Shown here: piece after piece, positions 36,489 through 45,935 of the stretch | Layout of the letters: each line of letters begins with the position of its first letter | Numbering within the stretch: position 1 is the first letter of the stretch | The notes under the pieces: model-generated | What the model saw: the letters and a program-made list of their open reading frames with translations, nothing else | Told to the model about the DNA's origin: nothing | Databases searched by the model: none | Made by a program: the position numbers and the translations under genes | NCBI GenBank assembly: GCA_020854115.1 | Contig: JADZGC010000011.1 | Span: 5,057 to 69,056, forward strand | Source: a bacterium | GTDB lineage: Bacteria > Patescibacteriota > Saccharimonadia > CAILAD01 > GCA-016700035 | DNA: 64,000 nucleotides | Reading direction: 5' to 3'

Positions 36489-37799
36489 ATGCCTACGACC
36501 AAGACCGAACCCGTCTGGAAAGACGCGGAATACGCGACGATCGCTAAACGGACGAATCGCAGCTTGATTGCTGCCTTCAGGCCGAGTAAAGAGAGTGAAG
36601 CTGAACAGCGCGGCTTGTTCCTGGCTGGTGAACGGCCAGTACCGAATTTTTCGTGTCCCAAGCTGGAATCAACTGCCTATAAGCCTACGACCGATGAACT
36701 TGAGTCGTTATTGGCCGACTGGAAGGACGATTCGCCGCTAGGACGTATCTACCAGCGATTCTTGGGCGAGAACTTTCTCGTCAATGTCATCGCTGATGCG
36801 GCCAAGAAGGGCGACATGCGACTTTTTCGTCGAACCAATCAGATGCTGGGCTACGTGCCGGATGGGAAGCTATTCCGCTCGATCGTGGCTGACATTCGTC
36901 GACGTGCTGAAGCCACTCTCGATGACACAGCAATTCGTCCCCTCGCAAATGCGCTCCTCGATACTCTGCCGAACGCAAGTGAAGCAGACATCTTGTTGCC
37001 ATCGGAGGAGCACGTGCGTGCTGCTTTCCCTGCTATGCTGGCATTGTGTGAGTCCCTCCATCTCCCTACGGACGTCGACTTCGATGCGGTGTGGGATGCA
37101 TATGAGCTAGCTCGGGTACTGCAGGCATCACTCGATACAGCAGGCGCCACTGGGTGGTCGGTCATAGTGACCGATGAGCAGCAACGCATCTCGGTTTCGC
37201 GTACTGACAAGCTAGCGAAGATCCCCGTCACGCGAAAGCTGCATGGTCGAGATGCTTATGCTGTCATCGCGCACGAGCGTTTGCATATCGAGCGCGGCCT
37301 GCGTGGTGCTGCGAGCGGTTACTACTTCCTGCAGTCAGGAACAGCTGGTTACATCGAAGGCGAGGAAGGGACAACTCTCGCTCTAGAGCAGGCTCTCAAG
37401 GGACGAGCCAACCGCCATGCGCGTGAGGACTACTACCTCGCGATCGCGGCTGCCAATGGATTCGTCACGAATGGCTTCATGACTTTCGAGCAGGTCCATC
37501 GGCTGATGCGCACGTATTACGAGTTCGTTGCCGAGGAGCCGGATCGTGAGCGAGAGTCTACGGAGAGTCCCGAAGAAATGGCTTGGATTCAGACTCTACG
37601 TACGTTCCGTGGTACGGATTGTAAGGGCAATGGCGCCTACTACGGCAAAGATATCGTCTATGCCAAGGGTAATCTTGGTATCTGGCAGCTGCTCATCGAG
37701 GATCCTTCAGCGGCGCAGACCTTCATGGTCGGGAAGTTCAACCCAATGAATCCGGACGATGTTCGGGATCTGACCGAGCTCGGACTTATCGCGACCTAG
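36489..37799 (+). CDS. DUF1704/MATCAP-like gluzincin carboxypeptidase
   Basis: HERLH (HExxH), EEG, RTFRG, KDIVYAKG, GK motifs. Confidence 0.8.
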   Translation: MPTTKTEPVWKDAEYATIAKRTNRSLIAAFRPSKESEAEQRGLFLAGERPVPNFSCPKLESTAYKPTTDELESLLADWKDDSPLGRIYQRFLGENFLVNVIADAAKKGDMRLFRRTNQMLGYVPDGKLFRSIVADIRRRAEATLDDTAIRPLANALLDTLPNASEADILLPSEEHVRAAFPAMLALCESLHLPTDVDFDAVWDAYELARVLQASLDTAGATGWSVIVTDEQQRISVSRTDKLAKIPVTRKLHGRDAYAVIAHERLHIERGLRGAASGYYFLQSGTAGYIEGEEGTTLALEQALKGRANRHAREDYYLAIAAANGFVTNGFMTFEQVHRLMRTYYEFVAEEPDRERESTESPEEMAWIQTLRTFRGTDCKGNGAYYGKDIVYAKGNLGIWQLLIEDPSAAQTFMVGKFNPMNPDDVRDLTELGLIAT

Positions 37800-37806
37800 T
37801 GACGTA

Positions 37807-37845
37807 TGCCGCATTCTCACTTCTTGTGGGAGTGCGGCAGTTTTT
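37807..37845 (+). terminator. rho-independent terminator
   Basis: tgccgcattctcac-ttctt-gtgggagtgcggca then gttttt. Confidence 0.8.
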
Positions 37846-37847
37846 AT

Positions 37848-38540
37848 TTATCCACGCTTTTGTGAGTAAAAATTACGAAAGATCGTGTACTTTACCCACG
37901 GTCGATACAGACGCTTGGCGCTGTATGGGTGGACGAAGAATCGGTCGGGCGTTTCTTGTTTGACACGTCGCCAAATGGTGCGCAGGGTTTGGCGCGGAGT
38001 CTTCTCGGGATGGAATTGCATACCGAAGACTGGCTTGCTCTCATGCTCGTAGGCCTCAATCGTGCAGCGCTTGCTACTACCGATGACCCTGAAGCCGTGC
38101 GGCAGGCGCTTGATGTGGCCCGAGTGATTTGCGAATGATACGAAGCGCGAAGGCAGCCCCTCGAAGAGGCGACTTGGTCCGTTGCGCATGATTTCGATCC
38201 AGCCGATTTCTTGTTGATCATGGCGCTCGAGGTCGCTTAAGCCAAGGAGGCTCGTGATGATCAGCTCGTGTCCCAGGCAGATACCAAGCATCGGAATGTT
38301 TTCTTTGTAGGCTTTGCGAATGAGTTTCTGAATGCGCTTGTAGACTTTCAAGTCATCCATCGATGAGACGATATTCCCTCCAGTGAGGATGATGTGCGTG
38401 AAGCTATCGAGTTCGGTAGGCAGTTCTTCTTCGGTAGGGCGGACAACCGTTGCGCGAGTCAGCTTGCGAGGGCGAAATGCCATACAGTGCTTACAAGGGC
38501 GGACGTGGTTGTTATCGATAATGAGGACATGTCGGCGCAT
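37848..38540 (-). CDS. type 1 glutamine amidotransferase (GuaA-like GATase)
   Basis: ILTGG, LGICLGHE, QFHPE triad; start 7 nt after TACTAT. Confidence 0.9.
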   Translation of the reverse strand: MRRHVLIIDNNHVRPCKHCMAFRPRKLTRATVVRPTEEELPTELDSFTHIILTGGNIVSSMDDLKVYKRIQKLIRKAYKENIPMLGICLGHELIITSLLGLSDLERHDQQEIGWIEIMRNGPSRLFEGLPSRFVSFANHSGHIKRLPHGFRVIGSSKRCTIEAYEHESKPVFGMQFHPEKTPRQTLRTIWRRVKQETPDRFFVHPYSAKRLYRPWVKYTIFRNFYSQKRG

Positions 38541-38738
38541 AGTTCTTATAGTAACGTATCGGAGCGATTCGGGCGACACAGATTGACTTGTGGCTGATTT
38601 TCAGGTTAAATAATATGGTTCTTATGAGCCATTAGCTTAAGTTAGTTGTTGTGCTTTAGTGCGCCTTCCATCTTTGCCACAAGGCAGGTGTTTATGGCTA
38701 GAAAACGAAACATCTACATGGCTGTATAATCAGCATGT

Positions 38739-38815
38739 GGGCCATTAGCTCAGTTGGTTAGAGCACCTGCCTTTTAAGCAGGGTGTCCTGGGTTCGAGCC
38801 CCAGATGGCCCTCCA
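38739..38815 (+). tRNA. tRNA-Lys (TTT)
   Basis: GGGCCATTAGCTCAG...CCTGC CTTTTAA GCAGG...GGTTCGAGCCCCAGATGGCCCTCCA. Confidence 0.93.
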
Positions 38816-38821
38816 CTTACT

Positions 38822-39436
38822 ATGACTACCAATGACACATTTTTTCAATCTAAGATTGAGGAGTACCAAGAGAAATTTCGAGAGCATCAAGGCTCACCTC
38901 AGTCTTTGAAATGGACAGATCGCGTATCTGCAGAAGCGCGATATGCACAGCTTGTTGCAGACATTGATTTTAATGGGAAAACCATCCTTGATGTAGGTTG
39001 CGGGTTTGGTGATATCTCTGAATTCATCTCGAGCAAAGCAGGTAATTATACGTATGTAGGTATCGATATGGTGCCTGAATTTATTGAGGTCGCAAAGCAG
39101 CGTTATCCTGAGCATACATTTATCGAAGGGAATTATTTCTTAGAGCCGTTGCCTGATATGCATGATATTGTGATGTGTTGCGGAGCGCTCAATTCAAACA
39201 TGGATGATCCGATCGGCTTTCGTAAGCAAGCAATTCAGACGATGTGGCAGCATGCCAACGAGGCGGTTGTATTCAATATGGCAGGGCGGCATCCTAGGCC
39301 AAATTATTCTGCAAAGAGCTCAATATATTATGCTGATTCGCTTGAGATTCTAGACTTCTGCACTACGCTCACAACAAAGGTAATACTTCGACAACACTAC
39401 TCCAAAAAAGATTTCACGATCGTTCTTTATAAATAG
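38822..39436 (+). CDS. class I SAM-dependent methyltransferase
   Basis: ILDVGCGFGD, YVGID; AT-richer than flanks; starts 6 nt after tRNA CCA. Confidence 0.88.
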   Translation: MTTNDTFFQSKIEEYQEKFREHQGSPQSLKWTDRVSAEARYAQLVADIDFNGKTILDVGCGFGDISEFISSKAGNYTYVGIDMVPEFIEVAKQRYPEHTFIEGNYFLEPLPDMHDIVMCCGALNSNMDDPIGFRKQAIQTMWQHANEAVVFNMAGRHPRPNYSAKSSIYYADSLEILDFCTTLTTKVILRQHYSKKDFTIVLYK

Positions 39437-39450
39437 CGAATTGTATTTAG

Positions 39451-39708
39451 GTGGGTGGGTCGTCTAATCTGCTATCCTCTCATATCTCTCGTGAAATAAG
39501 GCACGCCTTAAGCGGTTTTGCTAGGCGAGGGTTTGGCTCCGTAAGGGTCACGGTCATAGTGCAGGGAGTGGCATGGAAGACGTCAATATTTCCCGATTCG
39601 AAGGAGGGGGCATATATCCTACCTATCAAGAAAGACGTGCGCAAGCAGATCGGTGTTGATGTAGGTGATAACGCCGAGTTTCGCCTGATTATTGATGATA
39701 TTCAATAA
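39451..39708 (+). pseudogene. DUF1905-like protein, N-terminally truncated
   Basis: GFGSVRV.V.V....WKTSIFPD...YILPIKK.VRK; no convincing start. Confidence 0.65.
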
Positions 39709-39752
39709 TAGTACGAACAAATACCGCATCTTTCCGCTATACTAGTAAGCCT

Positions 39753-41024
39753 ATGAGACAAGACTTGGCACTCAAGATTATGCTTGATGGTGAATCGGTG
39801 CTCCTTACGGGTGCAGCGGGTTCGGGCAAGACATACGTGCTACAAAAATTCATTAAGCAGGTGCGCAAGCAGGGCAAGAGTGTCGCAGTGACAGCTACTA
39901 CTGGGTTGGCTGCTACGCACCTCAATGGCAGTACTATTCACTCCTGGAGCGGGATTGGCATTCATCACATTTTGTCGCCGAAGTTTGCCGAGACGCTGTC
40001 AAGATCGCGCCGTGACACCATCCAAAAAGCCGATGTACTGATTATCGATGAGATCTCGATGCTGCATGATTATCGACTCGATATGGTTGATGATGTCTGT
40101 CGGGCGGTGCGTGAGTCCGCCGAACCTTTTGGCGGTTTGCAGGTTATTCTGTGCGGTGATTTCTTCCAGCTACCACCGATCAATCGATCGGGCGAGCGCG
40201 AAGGGAGATTTGTCATCAATGCCTTTGTGTGGGAGGAACTTAATCCTGTGATTTGTTATCTCGATGAGCAGCACCGTCAGAATGAAGGGATGTTTCTCGA
40301 GATTCTCAATGCGATGCGCGCAGGAGATGTGCGGCGAAATCACGCCGAGAGTTTGATGGAGCGCCAGTTTGCCGAGCTTGGCTATGGTGTTGATGTGACC
40401 GAGCTACATACGGTAAATGTGGATGTCGATCGCATCAATGCTGATAAATTGGCTGAGCTTGAGACGGAATCGCGTACTTTTACTGCTACGCCATCTGGAT
40501 CGGCGCAGTATTTGGAGACCCTGCGTCGATCATGCTTGGCAAGCGATGAGCTTGAGCTCAAGGTTGGTGCGCTGGTAATGTGTATCCGTAATAGTCAGGA
40601 TAAGAAGTATGTAAATGGCTCGCTTGGTACGGTAGTGGGGTTTGAGAAGGCAACTCACTGGCCTGAGGTAAAATTGCACTCCGGCAAGACGGTGACGATC
40701 GGCCCTGAAACGTGGGAGCTCCGTGATGGCGAGAAGCTGCGTGCATCGCTGGCACAAATACCACTACGTTTGGCGTGGGCGATCACTGTCCACAAGAGTC
40801 AGGGGATGACGCTCGATGCCGCACGGATTAATCTCAAGCGAGCATTTGTCGAAGGGATGGGCTATGTCGCGCTGTCACGTGTGCGATCACTTGGAGCATT
40901 AAGCCTTACAGGTATCAACAATATGGCACTGCGGGTGAGCCCTGATGCATTACGTATCGATACTGATCTACGTGCGGCGTCCGAGCAGGCGGTTGCTGAG
41001 TATAGCTCCTCGGCTGCATCGTAA
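39753..41024 (+). CDS. Pif1-like SF1B DNA helicase
   Basis: TGAAGSGKT, IDEISM, GDFFQLPP, AWAITVHKSQG, YVALSR. Confidence 0.93.
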   Translation: MRQDLALKIMLDGESVLLTGAAGSGKTYVLQKFIKQVRKQGKSVAVTATTGLAATHLNGSTIHSWSGIGIHHILSPKFAETLSRSRRDTIQKADVLIIDEISMLHDYRLDMVDDVCRAVRESAEPFGGLQVILCGDFFQLPPINRSGEREGRFVINAFVWEELNPVICYLDEQHRQNEGMFLEILNAMRAGDVRRNHAESLMERQFAELGYGVDVTELHTVNVDVDRINADKLAELETESRTFTATPSGSAQYLETLRRSCLASDELELKVGALVMCIRNSQDKKYVNGSLGTVVGFEKATHWPEVKLHSGKTVTIGPETWELRDGEKLRASLAQIPLRLAWAITVHKSQGMTLDAARINLKRAFVEGMGYVALSRVRSLGALSLTGINNMALRVSPDALRIDTDLRAASEQAVAEYSSSAAS

Positions 41025-41068
41025 GCTATTCAGGCCTTATAAAACGCTCATGGTACAATGAGCGTGAT

Positions 41069-41248
41069 ATGCAGCGAGTTCATCGCATACCTGGGATGAT
41101 ATTCTGGCCGTGCTCTGTAGCAGTACTTTTTTGTTGGCTGTATCTGGTGGCATGGTTGGTTTTGCATTACTTTGGTGTGGCAGATGTGGGGAATAACCCC
41201 TTCGAAGCTATACCTCGACTCTGGCAGAACACAGCTTTTTCTAATTAG
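41069..41248 (+). CDS. small single-TM protein upstream of comEC (59 aa, not in ORF track)
   Basis: MQRVHRIPGMIFWPCSVAVLFCWLYLVAWLVLHYFG...; TACAAT 9 nt upstream. Confidence 0.4.
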   Translation: MQRVHRIPGMIFWPCSVAVLFCWLYLVAWLVLHYFGVADVGNNPFEAIPRLWQNTAFSN

Positions 41249-41290
41249 TTGTGCTTGCGAGCACAGATTGACAATCTGTAGCATACAGAC

Positions 41291-42697
41291 ATGAAGCGAA
41301 CACATATCCTGGTTGCGGCTGTCTTGGCGTGGCTGAGCGGTATCGTGTTTGCTGCGAACTACATTACTCAGGTGAAAGTATGGCAGGTAACGATTGTAGT
41401 GATTTTCGCGGTCGTGGCGTCGAGAATCCTTTCGAATCGGCTCATCGTATGGCCTGTCATTTTGCTCGGGGTGATTCTTGGGATTATGCGAGGACAGATG
41501 TACTTTACCGATCAGCGATGGTATGACGTCTCGGATGTGGTGGGCCGGCGTGCGACAGTAACTGGTCGTGTGGCCGACGAGCCAGGATGGAATGATGACC
41601 GACTCTATGAATTTTATCTCGCTGATTTACGGGTGGATGGTCGAGCAACCCCGGGTCTACTCAAAATTAAGTCGCAGGTGGGTAATGTGCAGGAAGGTCA
41701 GTGGCTCGAAGTGCAGGGCAAGATCGGGAAGGCGCTGGGTCGGGCGCCGGCGCAAATATGGTACGCCAAAGTCGTCGTTATTGATTCGCGTCAACCATAT
41801 CCCATCCGCCTGAAGCAGACATTATCTCAGGGTCTGGCAGCGGCACTGTCACGTGAGCAGGCTGGACTTGTGCGTGGATTGTTGTTTGGGGGTCGCGCTG
41901 GCATTTCAGATTCGCTCGAGAGCGACATGCGGATTGATGGACTGTCGCATATTGTTGCCGTCTCAGGGTATAATCTCACGATTATAGTTGCAGCCTTGAT
42001 GCTGATCATGAAACGAAAATCACCGATCAGTCTCATCGCATCGCTGGCGGCAATCGGCTTCTATGTTGTTATGACCGGCTTCGCGGCGTCGATTGTACGC
42101 GCGGCAATTATGGGTACGGTGATTTTGGTGGCTGCGCATGTGCGCAGACAAGTCTCTCTGTGGTCGGCGCTGGTGGTGACGGTGTGGGTGATGACGGCAT
42201 ATGCGCCAAATTATCTCCTCGGCGATATGAGTTGGCAGCTTTCGGTTTTGGCGCTTGTTGGAGTATTGGCAGTCGTGCCACGCATCGAGAATGCCGTGGG
42301 GTGGCGAGCGCTGATTGGCGAATTTTTTATCGTGTCCTGCGCGGCTCACCTGGCAACAGCGCCATTGATCGCATATCGCTTTGGTACGATGTCGTTGATA
42401 TCTCCCATCACCAACCTTGTGATCCTGCCCTGGATACCACTTTTAATGCTTGGGGGTGTGATTGTGGCGTCGATTGGAGTAATAGCTCCGTTGTCGGCAT
42501 TTACGCTCTCCTGGCCGCTACGAATGCTGCTCGATGTAGTTCTGCGGCTCATCAAATGGTTTGCACAATGGCCATATGCTCAGCTGACGTTTGGCGAAAT
42601 CAGTCTCGCAGGAGTGCTACTAAGCTATGTCTGCCTATGCAGCATCTTAGCAATATCGCTCATACACTCTAGAAAAAGAGCCTCAAAAACGGTATAA
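41291..42697 (+). CDS. comEC: DNA uptake channel ComEC (no metallo-beta-lactamase domain)
   Basis: HIVAVSGYN, SIVRAAIM, WQLS; OB-fold region. Confidence 0.9.
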   Translation: MKRTHILVAAVLAWLSGIVFAANYITQVKVWQVTIVVIFAVVASRILSNRLIVWPVILLGVILGIMRGQMYFTDQRWYDVSDVVGRRATVTGRVADEPGWNDDRLYEFYLADLRVDGRATPGLLKIKSQVGNVQEGQWLEVQGKIGKALGRAPAQIWYAKVVVIDSRQPYPIRLKQTLSQGLAAALSREQAGLVRGLLFGGRAGISDSLESDMRIDGLSHIVAVSGYNLTIIVAALMLIMKRKSPISLIASLAAIGFYVVMTGFAASIVRAAIMGTVILVAAHVRRQVSLWSALVVTVWVMTAYAPNYLLGDMSWQLSVLALVGVLAVVPRIENAVGWRALIGEFFIVSCAAHLATAPLIAYRFGTMSLISPITNLVILPWIPLLMLGGVIVASIGVIAPLSAFTLSWPLRMLLDVVLRLIKWFAQWPYAQLTFGEISLAGVLLSYVCLCSILAISLIHSRKRASKTV

Positions 42698-42756
42698 TAC
42701 ACCTGATATGGTCAAGTAATTTGAGTGGTCAACATGGAGATAAATAGGAACGAAAC

Positions 42757-43497
42757 ATGAGCGGACACAGTAAGTGGCACAGTATTAAGCACAAAAAAGG
42801 TGCAGCTGACGCGAAGCGTGGCAAAATATTTACGAAGCTTGGCAACGAGATAGCGCTGGCGGCACGAGATGGCGCTGATCCAGAAATGAACTTCCGGTTG
42901 CGTTTGGCTGTAACGAAGGCCAAGCAGGCTAACATGCCAGCTGCAAACATAGAGCGCTCTATTGCGCGCGGTGCAGGCACAGCTGGTGGAGCAGCTTTAG
43001 AAGAGCTGACGTATGAAGGCTATGGTCCCGCTGGTATTGCTGTCATGGTGCAGGCTTTGACAGATAATCGCAATCGCACAGCCGCAGATGTGAAGGCTGC
43101 CTTCTCGAAGCATGGTGGGTCGCTAGGCGGGCAGGGCAGCGTTGCATATATGTTCGAGTCAAAAGGCGTGATTTATTGCAAAGAATCTGCTGACAAGGAC
43201 GAGCTGAGCCTGGTTGCAATCGAAGCCGGCGCTTCGGACATTGATGATTCAGGCGATCAGCTGGTCGTCTATACGGCTCCTCAAAGCTTGGAGGCCGTGA
43301 AGACCGCAGTTGGCGAACATAATGTAGAGTCAGCTGATGTCGAGCAGATTGCCAGTCAGACGGTTGCAGTTGATGATGAACAAAAAGCTCGCACAATCAT
43401 GCGTCTGATGGATGCTCTGGAAGAACTCGATGATGTGGCAAATGTAACGGCCAACTTTGATATCCCAGAAGAAGTTCTGGAGCGCGTTAGCGCTTAA
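42757..43497 (+). CDS. yebC: YebC/PmpR family protein
   Basis: MSGHSKWHSIKHKK, YEGYGP, TDNRNRT. Confidence 0.96.
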   Translation: MSGHSKWHSIKHKKGAADAKRGKIFTKLGNEIALAARDGADPEMNFRLRLAVTKAKQANMPAANIERSIARGAGTAGGAALEELTYEGYGPAGIAVMVQALTDNRNRTAADVKAAFSKHGGSLGGQGSVAYMFESKGVIYCKESADKDELSLVAIEAGASDIDDSGDQLVVYTAPQSLEAVKTAVGEHNVESADVEQIASQTVAVDDEQKARTIMRLMDALEELDDVANVTANFDIPEEVLERVSA

Positions 43498-43593
43498 TTG
43501 ACTCTGCTCATACAGTGCTTATGCTTGAAGTTTGACTTAAAAATCGGGATAACCAGGACGTCCTATCCGCACCTCCTACCCCGAAGGTAGTCC

Positions 43594-43868
43594 ATGGATG
43601 TTCTGCCTACCCTGATTGTCCCCCAAGAACCACTCCACGAGCAGCGTGGCTGGGTCGAAATGACCTATCGACGACACAAGCGTAGACTCAAGCATCTGTC
43701 GGTTACCAGATACCGCATCGACTGTTGTGTGTAGCGGGCGAACGCATTGATCCTGGATCGGTGTGTCTCTACATCGGTAGTAGAGAGATTTTCTGTATCA
43801 ATCAGGATTTTGTTCGCAAAGTTTCGCCGCTTCCAGAGGCTTGCTGCCCGTCTGGGCGCACGAACTAG
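43594..43868 (+). pseudogene. small hypothetical gene interrupted by a -1 frameshift
   Basis: frame from ATG 43594 stops at 43734; -1 frame is open from 43686 to TAG 43868, just before the next SD. Confidence 0.4.
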
Positions 43869-43881
43869 AAAGGGATTAAGC

Positions 43882-44102
43882 ATGCTTGAATCGCCATGGC
43901 CAGACCTCACAAGAGAGGAGATCGTAGCTCAGTTTGAGGCTATCTCACGCTTGCGGAGCACCAAGAAATTCTCGACTTCGAACTCGACGGCGAGGATACG
44001 CTTGGAGCAGTCTGTGCTACTCTGGTTGATAAGGGGCTTGACTGTGATGTCATCCTTGAACAAGTCGGCGCTCACGTCGTAATTCCGCGCCTAAGCCAAT
44101 AA
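43882..44102 (+). pseudogene. small acidic helical protein, -1 frameshift near 43938
   Basis: MLESPWPDLTREEIVAQFE + GYLTLAEHQEILDFELDGEDTLG...; its stop overlaps the next AAGGAG. Confidence 0.5.
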
Positions 44103-44111
44103 GGAGATCTA

Positions 44112-44329
44112 ATGGTTGCGCCGCCTGCAGAGATCAAGCGCAAGTTACGGCGATATATCGATGCAGAGGATTTTGGGATCGCTGTCGGGGAGATGGGGAT
44201 CCAGAAGAGACCCTAGCTATGGCATATGAATATCTGGCAGATAGCGGCTACGGTGCTGAGATAGTCTTGCGAGAGGTTGGTCTTTGGACAGAAACTTTGC
44301 GCCTTTCCGAATGGGTAGGGCGTTTTTAA
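44112..44329 (+). pseudogene. paralog of the preceding gene, -1 frameshift near 44170-44197
   Basis: MVAPPAEIKRKLRRYIDAEDF + ...GDPEETLAMAYEYLADSGYGAEIVLREVGLW. Confidence 0.5.
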
Positions 44330-44352
44330 TTGAAACGAGTATACTTAGGGGC

Positions 44353-44811
44353 ATGGTTATTATTGGTATCGATCCCGGCACGGCGACGACGGGTTTCGGC
44401 GTGATAGAAGTTGATGGACACACGCGTCGCGCGATTGATTATGGAGTGATTTCGACTGACAAGTCTCTCGAACACGCCAAGCGTCTGCAGATTTTGTACC
44501 GGGACTTACAGCATTTACTGAACAAGCACGCACCGAGTATCGCCGGGGTAGAGAAACTGTATTTTTCGACCAATGTGACGACGGCCATGAAGGTCGGTGA
44601 GGCACGCGGTGTGGTGCTGCTTGCCTTACAACAGGCAGGTGTATTAGTGCATGAGTTTACGCCATTGCAAATTAAGCAGGCTACCACGGGTTATGGTCGG
44701 GCAAAGAAGCCGCAGATGCAGCAGATGGTACAACGCCTTCTGGGGCTCGATGCAATACCGAAGCCCGATGATGCTGCTGACGCACTAGCTATAGCCCTAG
44801 CTGCAGCATAA
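44353..44811 (+). CDS. ruvC: Holliday junction resolvase RuvC
   Basis: IGIDPG, VEKLYF, GEARGV, DDAADALA. Confidence 0.95.
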   Translation: MVIIGIDPGTATTGFGVIEVDGHTRRAIDYGVISTDKSLEHAKRLQILYRDLQHLLNKHAPSIAGVEKLYFSTNVTTAMKVGEARGVVLLALQQAGVLVHEFTPLQIKQATTGYGRAKKPQMQQMVQRLLGLDAIPKPDDAADALAIALAAA

Positions 44812-44866
44812 AAAACCACGTTAATTGATGTATCAACGTGGCTAAAGAAGAATTGGGCGCGATTTT

Positions 44867-44992
44867 TTAGTAGCGTCTAAGCAAGTAGGCCTCGCGTAGT
44901 CGTTGAGGTCGCTTGAGAATTCGCTCGAGGAGCTGCCGGTGTGCCTGCTCGGTGCACTTGCTGGTGTGTGCTGAGTTGGAGATCAGTATCAT
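44867..44992 (-). CDS. small basic peptide coupled to whiB (41 aa)
   Basis: ATGA overlap with whiB stop; MILISNSAHTSKCTEQAHRQLLERILKRPQRLREAYLLRRY. Confidence 0.35.
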   Translation of the reverse strand: MILISNSAHTSKCTEQAHRQLLERILKRPQRLREAYLLRRY

Positions 44993-45255
44993 GAGACATT
45001 AGACAGGTTGGCTGTCGAATGGGTCGTCCGTCTCTGTCGGCGAATCCATCGCCGTTCTTGTTCGCTCATGCCGCCCCATATACCGGATCTCTCACCAGAT
45101 GAGAGGGCAAACTCCAGGCAATCCTTGCGAACGGCGCAACCTCGACAGATACTCTTGGCTTCCGCGGTGCTGGCACCTCGTTCTGGAAAGAACAGGTCTG
45201 GGTCGGTGCCAGAACAGTTACTAGCCAGTCTCCAGCTATCTTTTATTACAGTCAT
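44989..45255 (-). CDS. whiB: WhiB-family Fe-S transcriptional regulator
   Basis: four Cys (C..DPDLFFP..AK.IC.GC.V...CLE.AL), GIWGG; AGGGAG SD. Confidence 0.93.
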   Translation of the reverse strand: MTVIKDSWRLASNCSGTDPDLFFPERGASTAEAKSICRGCAVRKDCLEFALSSGERSGIWGGMSEQERRWIRRQRRTTHSTANLSNVS

Positions 45256-45371
45256 ACATGCTCCCTAGGTACAGCGGGTTAAATCGCCAATGGGCTTATA
45301 TGTAGATTACCTAAAAAATACAGGTGAGACAAGACTGCCGTTTATGTAAAACGTTCGGTATAATAGAAGGG

Positions 45372-45935
45372 ATGTTAGCTTTGCTACAGGGTGAGGTGGT
45401 TTTGCGAGAGGGCGACGAGATCGTGCTCATGGTTGGTGGTGTGGGCTATGAAGTGAGCGTACCGATGCGGGTCTTGAGTGATCTTGTTGAGGGTGAGGTG
45501 GTGACGCTTTATATTGCTGAGAACATCCGAGAGGATGCATATGAGCTCTTTGGGTATACGACAGCAGAAGATAAGCGTTTGCATAAAAAACTCGTGGGGG
45601 TACAGGGCGTGGGCGCTAAACTTGCGCACGCTATACTTTCACATTATGACGCTGAAACTTTGCGCGAGCTGATTGAAGGCGAGGATCTGGTGCGGCTTGG
45701 GATGGTGAGCGGGGTTGGGAAGAAAACTGCTCAACGCATTCTCCTCGACCTTAGGGGTAAGCTCGTCACTACAACGACGAGTACATCGCGTGCTGAAGCG
45801 AACGATCCAGCACTCTTGGCACTCTTGCAGCTCGGATTCTTGCGCGAGCAGGCTGAGCAGGCACTGCTGGAAGTTGATAGTGAATTAGAGACAGGCGAGA
45901 GGATACGACAGGCCTTGAAAGGAATGGGGCGATGA
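45372..45935 (+). CDS. ruvA: Holliday junction DNA helicase RuvA
   Basis: GGVGYEV, LFGY, GVGAK, GVGKKTA. Confidence 0.95.
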   Translation: MLALLQGEVVLREGDEIVLMVGGVGYEVSVPMRVLSDLVEGEVVTLYIAENIREDAYELFGYTTAEDKRLHKKLVGVQGVGAKLAHAILSHYDAETLRELIEGEDLVRLGMVSGVGKKTAQRILLDLRGKLVTTTTSTSRAEANDPALLALLQLGFLREQAEQALLEVDSELETGERIRQALKGMGR

